Below, in pieces: positions 16,819 to 25,412 of a DNA stretch of 32,000 nucleotides; position 1 is the first letter of the stretch, and each line of letters opens with the position of its first letter. Source of the DNA: an uncultured Pseudomonadota bacterium (lineage in GTDB: Bacteria > Myxococcota_A > UBA796 > GCA-2862545); the NCBI GenBank assembly GCA_903861005.1, contig CAIOSP010000091.1:2437-34436 (forward strand), in the 5' to 3' direction. The notes under the pieces are model-generated. The model saw only the letters and a list, made by a program, of their open reading frames with translations. It had not been told where the DNA came from and made no database searches. The position numbers and the translations under genes were made by a program.

Positions 16819-18568
16819 ACCAGACGGTGGACTCGGCGCGCGGCTGGAGCTTGACCAGAAAGGTGCTCAGCTCGTCGCGGCGGAACGCGTGCACGGTGAT
16901 CGCGGCGCCGACCGGGTAGCTCTGGACGCGCGCGGTCAGGTCGTTCCCACCGACCTTGAGCCCGTCGATCGCCAGGATCACGTCGTCCGCCGACAGCCCT
17001 GCGGCCTGCGCGGCGCCGCCGTCATGCACGTGCTTGAGGCGCGCGCCGTCGCCGCCGCGGACCACGGTGACGCCCAGGTCGCCCGGCGTGGCCAGGCCCT
17101 TGGAGGCGCCGCCCGCGCGGCCGCCGCGGTCCAGGTCGCCGTTTGACGGCCGGGTGAACATCTTCAGGCCCAGGTCGCCGACGAGGTTGGCCAGGTCCGG
17201 GTCCTGCGTGCCGCGGATCACGGCGTCGAAGAACCCGGTGAGGTCGGCCCCGGCTAGGTCGTTGGCGAGCGCCTCGACGCCGTCCTCGGGCACGCCGGAG
17301 CCGTCGCCGTAACGGGCCCACAGCCCGCGCATCAGGTCGTCCAGGCCGACCTTGTCGCCGCTCGCGCGCCGCATGGTGAGGTCGAGCGCCAAGCCGACCA
17401 GCGCGCCCTTCTGGTAGTAGCTGGCGATGGCGTTGGGGCTGTTCTCGTCCTGCCGATAGTACTTGGTCCAGGCATCAAACGAGCTGTCGGCGAGCGACTG
17501 CTTGCGTCGACCGGAGGTGCGCCACACGGCCGTGGCGGTGCGCCCGAGCAGCTCCAGGTAGCCGTCCAGGTCGATGCAGCCGGCGCGCAGCACGCCCACG
17601 TCGTCAAAGTACGAGGTGAGGCCCTCGAACGCCCACAGCAGCGTGGTGTGGCCCTCGCGCCGCAGGTCGTAGGGCACGAACGCGCGCGGCTTGATGCGCT
17701 TGACGTTCCAGGCGTGGAAGTACTCGTGGCTGCACAGGCCCAAGAAGTCGCGGTAGCCCTCGGTCACCTCGCCCACGCCCTGCAAGGGCAGGTCGTCGCG
17801 GCGGCAGATGAGCGCGGTGGAGTCGCGGTGCTCCAGGCCGCCGTAGCCCTCGCCCACGGCCATCACGAGGAACAGGTACTGGTCGAACGGCGGGCGGTCG
17901 CCGAACAGCGTGGACTGGGCCTCGCAGATGCGGGTCAGGTCGACCGACAGGCGGGCGGCGTCCGTCCGATGGCGGCCGGTGATCGCGACGTGGTGGGGCA
18001 CGCCGCACGCGGTGAACGTGAAGCGGGTGAACGTGCCCAGCTCGAACGGGTGGTCGAGGAGGGCGTCGTAGTCGGCCCCCTGGAAGCGGCCAAAGCCCCA
18101 CGGCGCGCCGTCGAGCCGGGGCAGGGTGGTGGCGACCTCCCAGTCGGCGCAGGTGCGGTCGGCGGGTGGCTCTACCGTGACGTCGTGCGGCCCGGACTCC
18201 TGGCCCACGGCCGCCAGGAACAGGCTGGTCCCGTTGAAGAAGCCGTGGGTCTGGTCAAGGTGCGCGGTGCGGACGGACAGGTCCCACGCGTAGACCTCGT
18301 AGACCACGACGAGCGGACCGGACGCCGGGGCGGCCTGCCAGCTGTCCTTGTCGAGCTTGGTGAGGGCGACCGGGCCGCGCGCGTCCGACGCGGAGATACG
18401 GATGATGTTCTTGGCGAATTCGCGGATCATGTAGGACCCGGGGATCCAGGCGGGCAGGCGCAGCAGCTGACCGGCCGGGTCGGGCGACTCGACGGTCAGT
18501 TCGACCGAGAACAGGTGGGCGGCCGGGTTGGCGGCGCGGACGACGTAGCGGACGGGGGCGTGGGGCAT
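16748..18568 (-). CDS. M61 family glycyl aminopeptidase with C-terminal PDZ domain
   Basis: The zinc site is HEYFHAWNVKRIKP (HExxH). The N-terminus is M61-typical (HLFSVELTV...LRLPAWIPGSYMIREFAKN). The C-terminal part is PDZ-like (GVTVVRGGDGARLKHVHDGGAAQAAGLSADDVILAIDG). ATG 18568 follows GAGGA with a 5-nt spacer; TTG 18580 is an alternative. Confidence 0.9.
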   Translation of the reverse strand: MPHAPVRYVVRAANPAAHLFSVELTVESPDPAGQLLRLPAWIPGSYMIREFAKNIIRISASDARGPVALTKLDKDSWQAAPASGPLVVVYEVYAWDLSVRTAHLDQTHGFFNGTSLFLAAVGQESGPHDVTVEPPADRTCADWEVATTLPRLDGAPWGFGRFQGADYDALLDHPFELGTFTRFTFTACGVPHHVAITGRHRTDAARLSVDLTRICEAQSTLFGDRPPFDQYLFLVMAVGEGYGGLEHRDSTALICRRDDLPLQGVGEVTEGYRDFLGLCSHEYFHAWNVKRIKPRAFVPYDLRREGHTTLLWAFEGLTSYFDDVGVLRAGCIDLDGYLELLGRTATAVWRTSGRRKQSLADSSFDAWTKYYRQDENSPNAIASYYQKGALVGLALDLTMRRASGDKVGLDDLMRGLWARYGDGSGVPEDGVEALANDLAGADLTGFFDAVIRGTQDPDLANLVGDLGLKMFTRPSNGDLDRGGRAGGASKGLATPGDLGVTVVRGGDGARLKHVHDGGAAQAAGLSADDVILAIDGLKVGGNDLTARVQSYPVGAAITVHAFRRDELSTFLVKLQPRAESTVWFEVDALASAEAIARRDRWIRGRA

Positions 18569-18652
18569 GGATGTCCTCAAGCCGACGACGTATCCGGCCC
18601 CGCCGCGCGCGCACGGCGGTTAGTCGGGCGCGCGGAGGGGGATGTGGGGACC

Positions 18653-18976
18653 ATGCTGCGCCGACGCCACGCCGTGATCGCCGCGCTGCTGACGCTGAGC
18701 GCGCTGGCGGTGGTGGGCGTGTGGGCGTGGCTGAACGAGGTCATGACGTCGGGTCAGGAAGCCGGCATCAACGTGATCGCGCTGACCGTGCGGGCGAACG
18801 GCCTGGCCTACGAGGCCACCTGGGCCTACCTGGCCGGGGTGCTGGTGGTGCACGCGCTGGCGGGCTTCTTGGCGCGGCGCCGGTCGGACCGCGAGGCTTG
18901 GATCGGCGTGGTGTCGTCGGCGTGGATCCACGCGATCGCGCTCGTGGCGCTCGGCGTGCTCGCCCCGCCCGGCTGA
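18653..18976 (+). CDS. Small hypothetical membrane protein (~107 aa, 3 predicted TM)
   Basis: MLRRRHAVIAALLTLSALAVVGVWAWL...YLAGVLVVHALAGFLARRR...WIHAIALVALGVLAPPG. Only the 3' end of the 442-aa track ORF looks real. GGAGG is at 18635-18639 and GTG 18644 is an alternative start. It is divergent from the M61 gene. Confidence 0.4.
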   Translation: MLRRRHAVIAALLTLSALAVVGVWAWLNEVMTSGQEAGINVIALTVRANGLAYEATWAYLAGVLVVHALAGFLARRRSDREAWIGVVSSAWIHAIALVALGVLAPPG

Positions 18977-19043
18977 TCGGCGCGCCAATTTCATAGGCGA
19001 GAACCGCGGATCCATGGCAGAGTGACGTTGGAGAGGCACCCTA

Positions 19044-19074
19044 TTGACCATGCGGGGGCCGCATGGGGTAGGCT
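19044..19074 (+). promoter_or_regulatory. Candidate promoter with 19-bp spacer carrying a perfect dyad (MerR-type layout)
   Basis: TTGACC (19044-19049), then a 19-nt spacer, then TAGGCT (19069-19074). The spacer contains CCATGCGG-ggg-CCGCATGG (19048-19066), an 8+3+8 perfect inverted repeat centred about 2 bp from the spacer centre. It ends 32 nt upstream of ATG 19106. Confidence 0.3.
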
Positions 19075-19105
19075 GTCGATCTTGGCCACGAACCCACGAG
19101 TCACG

Positions 19106-22100
19106 ATGCTGCGCAAGCCTTTGTACATGCTGTTTTCTCTGCCTCTCCTCCTGTCCGCCTGCACGAACGGGAGCGGGGGAAAGGACACCGGCGTCCACGA
19201 TACGGACGCGGACACGGACGTGAACGATCCGGACACGCTGCTCGACCCGGTGGTGGTCGTCAGCCCGGACGCGCCAGGGACGGCCGACGACCTGCTGGCG
19301 TCGGTGACCAACCCCGTCGACGGCGCCACGTACACCTGGGCGTGGACCGTCAACGGCGCCGCGCAGACGGACCTGCGCGCCGAGACGGTGCCCGCCGCGC
19401 GCACGGCCCGCGGTGACGTGTGGTGCGCCAACGTGGTGGTCGCCAAGGGTGACCTGACCGCGGGCCCCGTGTCGTCCTGCGCGACCATCGTGAACACGCC
19501 GCCCGCCGCCACGATCGACCTGACGCCGGACGCGCCCACCAGCGGCGACGATCTGATCGCCCTCCAGTCGGCGACCGACCCTGACGGGGACATGGTCTCC
19601 TACACCTACTCGTGGTCCTACAAGGTGGGCGCCACCGTCATCCCGATCACGCTGGACGACTTCACCGTACCTGCCTCCTCGCTGGAGAAGGGCCAGGAGT
19701 GGACGGTCACGATCGTCCCGAACGACGGCTTCGAGGACGGACCGCCCGCCTCCGACACGGTGACCATCCTCAACTCCGCGCCGGTGGTGGCGGAAGGCGA
19801 CGCGACGATCTCGCCGACCGACCCGACCACCAACTCCACCCTGACCGCCACCGTGAACGCCGTCGATCCCGACGGCGACACCGTCACCCGGAAGACGTAC
19901 GCTTGGTACGTGAACGACCCCACGACGCCCCTCGTCGGCTCCACCGGGTTCACCCTCAACGGCACCAAGTTCGACAAGGGCGATGAGGTCTGGTTCACGG
20001 TGGTCGCGACGGACGGCGAGACGCCCAGCATCCCGTACGAGTCCGAGCACGTCATCATCCTCGACACGGCGCCCACGCTCGACTCAGTGGAGATGACGCC
20101 CAACGTCGCGCAGATGGCCACGGTGTTCACCTGCTCGCCCAGCGGCTGGCTGGACGCGGACAGCGACATGGAGGACTACCACACCGCCTGGACCGTGGAC
20201 GGCTCCGTCGTCGCCGGTCAGACCGCGCGCACCTTCGGCGGCGGCTTCGGCAAGGGCCAGACCGTCGGCTGCATCGCCGTCCCGTTCGACGGCGAGCTGG
20301 AGGGCGCCCCCCAGACGTCCAACACCGTGATCATCGCGAACACGCCGCCTACGATCGCCTCCGCCACCCTGAGCAGCTTGGCGCCGGCGCTGTCGGACAC
20401 GCTGTCGGTGCGGATCAACAGCCCGTTCGACGCCGACGGCGACGCGCCCATCACCTACACGTACCAGTGGTACGTCCGCGGCCTCCCCGTGCCCTCGCCG
20501 GACGGCACCCGCGCCACGCTCGCGGGCGGGTTCTCGCCCGGTGATCGCGTGCTTGTGCAGGTCACGCCCTCGGACGGCTTCGACCTGGGCGCGCCGGTCT
20601 CGTCCAACACCGCCGTGGTCGGCAACCACAAGCCGACGGCGGACTCGCTCGTGCTCACGCCCGTCCCGTTCCGGACGGACGACACGCTGACCGCCACCGC
20701 GACCGGATCGGATCTGGACGGGCACAACGTCGCGTTTACCTACCGCTGGCGCGTGAACAACGTCATCGTGCAGGACGGGCTGTCCAACCGGCTCGACGGC
20801 TCCAAGTTCGCGAAGGGCAACAGCGTCGAAGTCAACGCCACGCCGAACGACGGCTTCGAGAACGGCCTCCCCCGCACCGCGGGCCCGTACACGGTCTCCA
20901 ACACGCCTCCCGTGCTCGGCGGCGTGTCGCTCAGTCCGTCCAGCGCCAGCGAGCTCACCACGCTGATCTGCGCGCCGTCCGGCTACAACGACGCCGACGG
21001 CGACGCGGCCGTGTACACGTACGCGTGGGCCGTCAGCGACGTGACCATCTCGGCCACCACCGCCACGCTCACCGGCACCTCGTTCCGCCGCGGCGACTCG
21101 GTGCGCTGCACGGTGACCCCTTCGGATGGCACCTCGGCCGGCGCGCCCGTGTCGAGCGGCTCGGTGGCGATCGCCAACACCAAGCCGACGCTCGCGTCGG
21201 TCACGATCGCGCCGGCGACCCCGCACACCGGCGACACCATCACGTTCACGCCGACCGGCGCCGCAGACGTGGACGGCGACACCGTCACGTTCCTCACCGA
21301 CTGGCTCGTCGAGGGCAGCCTGGTCGCACAGGGCCCGTCGCTCTCCCCGACCAAGTTCCGCGTGGGTCAGCGCATCCAGGCCCGCGTGTCGCCCACGGAC
21401 GGCTCGCTCACCGGCACCGCCGTCCTCTCCAACGAGCTGATCGTGGCGAACACCGCGCCGACGATCACGTCGTTCACCGTGTCGCCCAGCACGCCGTCCA
21501 CCCAGGACACGCTGGTCACGTCGCTCGTGGCCGTGGACACCGACGGGGACACGCTGACCCCGAGCTACACCTGGACGGTGAACGGCGCCGCGGTGCCGGG
21601 TGTCACCACCGCGACCTTCCCGGCCAGCGGCCTCGCGCGCGCGGACGTCATCTCGGTCGACGTGTCGGTGTCGGACGGCCACGGCGGCACGGCCACGGCC
21701 ACGGCGGGCCCGGTCACCGTGAAGAACACGCCCCCGACCATCGGGTCGGTCGTGATCTCGCCGGCCATCCCGACCGAGACCTCGCTGCTGACCTGCACCG
21801 TCAACGGTGTGGCCGACGTGGACGGTGACTCCACCACCACCTCGATCGAGTGGCGCGTGAACGGCACCGTCGCGGGCACGGCCGCGACGCTGAGCGGCTC
21901 CGCGTTCCGGCGCGGCGACGGCGTGATCTGCTCGGCGATCGCGCGAGACGCGGGCGGCGCCAGCCCCAGCGTCCCAAGCGACCCGGTGATCATCGCGAAC
22001 ACGCCGCCCACCCTGGCGTCGGCGGGCATCTCGGACCCCGCGCCCACCCGCGGCTCTCTGCTCGTGATCAACGCCGGCGCCACCGCCGACGTGGACGGCG

Positions 22101-25100
22101 ACACCGTGTCGCTGCTGGTTGACTGGTACATCAACGACGTGTTCTACACCACGGGCTCCGGGCTCACGACGGGCTTTGCCCGCGGCGACACCGTGAAGGC
22201 CGTCGTCACGCCCACCGATGGCATCACGCCCGGCACGCCGATCACCACGAGCGCCGTGACGGTGCTCAACTCGGTGCCCCAGGTGCTGTCGGTCGGCATT
22301 GGACCCACCAGCCCCACCCAGGCGAACACGTTGGTGGCCAATGTCGTCTCCTCGGACGCCGACACGGACGCCCTGACCCTGACCTACGACTGGTACGTCA
22401 ACGGTACGGTGGTGCAGAGCGGCGCGACCGGCACGCTCGCGCCGGGTCCGTTCGCCAACGGGTCGGTGGTACGCGTGGTGGTGACGGCCGACGACGGCCA
22501 GGACACCAGCACCCCGACCAGCTCCGGCTCGATCACCATCGGAAACGCGGCGCCGACCATCACCGGCGTGACCATCTCACCCAGCCCGATCGTGGAGACG
22601 AGCACCCCGTCCTGCACGGCGTCGGGCTGGAATGACATCGACGGTGACCCGGAGGGCTACCAGTACAAGTGGAAGGTCAACGGCGTCTCGCGCTCGGTGA
22701 ACCAGTCGATCAACGGCCTGCTCTACCGTCGCGGCGACACGATCCTCTGCGAGGTCACGCCCTATGACGGCAAGGCCTACGGCACGCCGGTGGAGAGCGC
22801 GCCCAGCGTGGTGCAGAACGCCGCCCCGACGATCGTCGGCGTCGGACTGTCGAACACCTCGCCGCGTGAGGCGGACACGGTGACGCTGTTCCAGGCGGGC
22901 ATCTCGGATCCGGATGGCGACACCGTCACCAGCTCCATTCGCTGGTTCGTGAATGACGTGCTGGTCCTCACCGGGCCGCAGCTCACGGGTGTGAACTTCA
23001 ACAAGGGCGACACCATCCGCGCCGTGCTCGATCTGAACGACGGCTCGACGACGGCCTCGTTCCCCACCGACACGGGCGTAGCGGTCAACACCGTGCCGCG
23101 CGTGACGGCGCTTGCGGTCGGTCCGACCACCCCCTCCGTGCTCAACAACCTGACCGCGACCTACACCGTGGTCGACCCCGATCCGGTCGACACGACCACG
23201 CTCACCTGGGCCTGGAAGATCGACGGCTCGGTCTCTCCCGGCGCGACCACGTCGACGCTGACCGCGGGCATCGCGCGCAAGCACCAGAGCGTGTTGGCCA
23301 GCCTGACACCGTCGGACGGTGTGTCGAACGGCCTGACGATCAGCTCCCAGGCTGTCGTCGTGCTGAACTCGCTGCCGACGATCGGCACGGTCGAGATCTC
23401 CGTGCCCGTGTCGCGCGCCGACCCGGCGATGTGCGCGGCGAACGGCGTCCTCGACGCGGACGGCGACTCGGTCAGCGTGGCGTACGGCTGGGAGATCAGC
23501 GGCGTGTCTGGCCCCGGCGGTACGCCGATGAGCCCGCTGTTCTACCATCGCGGCGACGTGCTCCTCTGCAAGGGCTCGCCCTCGGACGGCGAAGCCTACG
23601 GCAGCATGATCGTCTCCGCGCCGACGACCGTCGTCAACGCGGTGCCGACCCTGACGGCCGTGCTGCTGTCGGACGATCCGGTGCATGAGGACTCGCTCCT
23701 CCACGCCAACCTGATCGGGCAGAGTGACGCGGACGAAGACATCGTCACCGCCGACTACGTCTGGCTGGTGAACGGCCTTGAGGTCAGCACGGAGACGCAG
23801 CTCAACGGAACGCACTTCACGCGCGGGGACACGGTCCAGGTGCGCGTGGTGCTGTCGGATGGCCTTGTGGCGTCCCTGCCCTACGAGAGCGCGGTGTCGA
23901 CGGTGGCGAACACGCCGCCGACGATCATCGGCGCGCCGTCGCTCACGCCGAACCCGGCCAAGACGAACGACACGATCCTCGGTCTGGCGGACTACCTCGA
24001 CGCGGACGCGGACGCGGTCACGCTGCGCTGGGTCTGGTACGTGAACGGCGTGCCGGTGCAGAACGGCGCGAACGGGTCGCTGGCCGGGACCCACTTCAGC
24101 CGCGGCGACTCGGTCTACGCGTGGGTCTACCCGCACGACGGCTTCGTCGAGGGCGACGGCGCGCAGACCTACACCGCGCTCATCGAGAACAGCGCGCCCA
24201 CCCCGCCGACGGTGTCGATCACGCCGTCGCGCCCGGTGCCGCAGGTGGACTCGGTGGTCTGCTCGGTCGCCAACCCTTCGGTGGACGCGGACGGCGACTC
24301 CCTCAGCTACGTGTTCGTCTGGACGGTCGACGGCGTGAACTCGGGCGCGGCGAGCACCGTCGGCACGGTCAGCACGCTGCCGGCGAGCGCGGTGGACGCG
24401 AGCGCGGTGATCTTCTGCCAGGCCTACGCGACGGACGGCGACGCGAACAGCGCCATCTCGGCGTCGGCGGTCACGTCTGCGGGCGTGGGCGTGCGGGCGA
24501 ACTGCAAGTCCCTTCGCTCGCTCGGAGAGACCGTCAGCGGCTACTTTGGCGTGGACGATGACGGCTCGGCCGGATCGGCGCCCCCCTACGAGGTCTACTG
24601 CGACCAGACCTTCGACGGCGGCGGCTGGACGCGCGTGATGCGCACCACGGGCGCCAACGTGAACTTCGGCCAGGACACGCACCAGATCGTCACCACGTTC
24701 GCGTCCGCGCGCGCGACCGAGGGCGTGTACCAGGCGTTTGGCGCCCTGCGGAAGTACGGCGATCTGATGATCCGCGCGGTCTCGGGTCCTCAGGCGGGCA
24801 GGTATGCGGCCTTCAAGGTCGACTCGGGTCAGCTGACCGTGCTTGAGATGCTCGAGACCTGCCGTGACGAGACGCCCGCGCCGGGCGACGACAACGTCTT
24901 CAACTACCTCCGCACCGTGGGGCACACGTCGTACTTCAGCGCGTCGAGCTACGCGGGTGACCTCACCATCAAGCGTGCCGCCGACGGGTCCGAGGCGCCG
25001 CTCCAGTACTTCATGATGTGCGGCGTGAACACCAGCGCGAACAACGACGTGTCGTACATGGCGTTCACGGACAGCCTGGCTGACCTCAACAACTGGGGCG

Positions 25101-25282
25101 ACTCCTGGCGCGGACAGGGTCAGCTCGGCACCATCTGGTCCTTCGCCAACGGCGACTACTCCAGCAGCAGCAACCACCACATCGGCAACGGTGCGATGGA
25201 GGCCTACGCGGGCTGGAAGGGCGCCATCGGTAGCGCGGCCGAGACGTGGCACTCGGGCACCTACGAGATCTACCTGCGCTAG
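19106..25282 (+). CDS. Giant surface lipoprotein: 19 tandem beta-sandwich-like modules plus C-terminal fibrinogen-like (YCDxxxxGGGW) domain
   Basis: The start is taken at ATG 19106, giving MLRKPLYMLFSLPLLLSAC (lipobox). A DTGVHDTDADTDVNDPDT linker follows, then 19 modules and the C-terminal domain. It is one continuous 2058-aa frame with strong GC3 bias. Confidence 0.9.
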   Translation: MLRKPLYMLFSLPLLLSACTNGSGGKDTGVHDTDADTDVNDPDTLLDPVVVVSPDAPGTADDLLASVTNPVDGATYTWAWTVNGAAQTDLRAETVPAARTARGDVWCANVVVAKGDLTAGPVSSCATIVNTPPAATIDLTPDAPTSGDDLIALQSATDPDGDMVSYTYSWSYKVGATVIPITLDDFTVPASSLEKGQEWTVTIVPNDGFEDGPPASDTVTILNSAPVVAEGDATISPTDPTTNSTLTATVNAVDPDGDTVTRKTYAWYVNDPTTPLVGSTGFTLNGTKFDKGDEVWFTVVATDGETPSIPYESEHVIILDTAPTLDSVEMTPNVAQMATVFTCSPSGWLDADSDMEDYHTAWTVDGSVVAGQTARTFGGGFGKGQTVGCIAVPFDGELEGAPQTSNTVIIANTPPTIASATLSSLAPALSDTLSVRINSPFDADGDAPITYTYQWYVRGLPVPSPDGTRATLAGGFSPGDRVLVQVTPSDGFDLGAPVSSNTAVVGNHKPTADSLVLTPVPFRTDDTLTATATGSDLDGHNVAFTYRWRVNNVIVQDGLSNRLDGSKFAKGNSVEVNATPNDGFENGLPRTAGPYTVSNTPPVLGGVSLSPSSASELTTLICAPSGYNDADGDAAVYTYAWAVSDVTISATTATLTGTSFRRGDSVRCTVTPSDGTSAGAPVSSGSVAIANTKPTLASVTIAPATPHTGDTITFTPTGAADVDGDTVTFLTDWLVEGSLVAQGPSLSPTKFRVGQRIQARVSPTDGSLTGTAVLSNELIVANTAPTITSFTVSPSTPSTQDTLVTSLVAVDTDGDTLTPSYTWTVNGAAVPGVTTATFPASGLARADVISVDVSVSDGHGGTATATAGPVTVKNTPPTIGSVVISPAIPTETSLLTCTVNGVADVDGDSTTTSIEWRVNGTVAGTAATLSGSAFRRGDGVICSAIARDAGGASPSVPSDPVIIANTPPTLASAGISDPAPTRGSLLVINAGATADVDGDTVSLLVDWYINDVFYTTGSGLTTGFARGDTVKAVVTPTDGITPGTPITTSAVTVLNSVPQVLSVGIGPTSPTQANTLVANVVSSDADTDALTLTYDWYVNGTVVQSGATGTLAPGPFANGSVVRVVVTADDGQDTSTPTSSGSITIGNAAPTITGVTISPSPIVETSTPSCTASGWNDIDGDPEGYQYKWKVNGVSRSVNQSINGLLYRRGDTILCEVTPYDGKAYGTPVESAPSVVQNAAPTIVGVGLSNTSPREADTVTLFQAGISDPDGDTVTSSIRWFVNDVLVLTGPQLTGVNFNKGDTIRAVLDLNDGSTTASFPTDTGVAVNTVPRVTALAVGPTTPSVLNNLTATYTVVDPDPVDTTTLTWAWKIDGSVSPGATTSTLTAGIARKHQSVLASLTPSDGVSNGLTISSQAVVVLNSLPTIGTVEISVPVSRADPAMCAANGVLDADGDSVSVAYGWEISGVSGPGGTPMSPLFYHRGDVLLCKGSPSDGEAYGSMIVSAPTTVVNAVPTLTAVLLSDDPVHEDSLLHANLIGQSDADEDIVTADYVWLVNGLEVSTETQLNGTHFTRGDTVQVRVVLSDGLVASLPYESAVSTVANTPPTIIGAPSLTPNPAKTNDTILGLADYLDADADAVTLRWVWYVNGVPVQNGANGSLAGTHFSRGDSVYAWVYPHDGFVEGDGAQTYTALIENSAPTPPTVSITPSRPVPQVDSVVCSVANPSVDADGDSLSYVFVWTVDGVNSGAASTVGTVSTLPASAVDASAVIFCQAYATDGDANSAISASAVTSAGVGVRANCKSLRSLGETVSGYFGVDDDGSAGSAPPYEVYCDQTFDGGGWTRVMRTTGANVNFGQDTHQIVTTFASARATEGVYQAFGALRKYGDLMIRAVSGPQAGRYAAFKVDSGQLTVLEMLETCRDETPAPGDDNVFNYLRTVGHTSYFSASSYAGDLTIKRAADGSEAPLQYFMMCGVNTSANNDVSYMAFTDSLADLNNWGDSWRGQGQLGTIWSFANGDYSSSSNHHIGNGAMEAYAGWKGAIGSAAETWHSGTYEIYLR
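19244..24490 (+). repeat. Array of 19 tandem ~90-95-aa (about 275-bp) coding modules, organised as six 3-module super-repeats
   Basis: Module borders N-[TSA]-x-P occur at 19493, 20063, 20900, 21725, 22544, 23366, 24188 and at intermediate positions. Recurring motifs are DxDGD, YxWxV[ND]G, Fx[RK]GD and [TS]PxDG. A Cys pair is present in every third module. Confidence 0.85.
24491..25279 (+). other. Fibrinogen-related (FReD-like) C-terminal domain of the giant lipoprotein
   Basis: NCKSLRSLGETVSGYFGVDDDGSAGSAPPYEVYCDQTFDGGGWTRVMR matches the hallmark DCxxxxxxGxxxSGxYxIxP...FxVYCDMxxxGGGWTVxQRR of fibrinogen C-terminal globular domains. Confidence 0.8.
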
Positions 25283-25305
25283 CGTTGTCGAGGCGCACCG
25301 ACGCC

Positions 25306-25350
25306 CGCGTCCCGTGCCCGGCCTTGGTCGTGCACGGGACGCGCTCGTTT
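25306..25350 (+). terminator. Hairpin terminator candidate downstream of the giant gene
   Basis: A 12-bp perfect stem pairs CGCGTCCCGTGC (25306-25317) with GCACGGGACGCG (25332-25343) around a 14-nt loop. It is followed by CTCGTTTGGGG, a short U-run. Confidence 0.45.
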
Positions 25351-25412
25351 GGGGAGCGCGTCGCGCGCGCTGCTCCTTCAACGGGCCGGTCGATCGGCCC
25401 TAGCGGCCCATC

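Noticed and set aside
15067-16854. 595-aa plus-strand ORF opposite the second GT-C-like gene. ORF 14567-15541 (-), 324 aa, is similar.
   Set aside because: They are Arg/Gly/Gln-rich with no hydrophobic periodicity or motifs. The minus-strand frame gives a coherent multi-TM protein.
17648-18652. First 335 codons of the 442-aa plus-strand ORF opposite the M61 peptidase.
   Set aside because: They are antisense to the peptidase and low complexity. Only the 3' end beyond the peptidase start (18653-18976) looks like a real small membrane protein.
22577-25381. 934-aa ORF on the minus strand opposite the giant lipoprotein gene. ORFs 20084-21682 (-), 18620-20050 (-) and several smaller ones are similar.
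   Set aside because: The translations are Arg/Gly/Asp/His/Val-rich with no motifs. They lie exactly antisense to a frame with clear domain repeats and GC3 bias. This is the typical shadow-ORF artefact of high-GC DNA.
25383-25400. GGGCCG-gtcgat-CGGCCC hairpin just downstream of the lectin stop.
   Set aside because: It has a short stem and no following U-run on the minus strand. The stronger 12-bp hairpin at 25306-25343 is reported instead.
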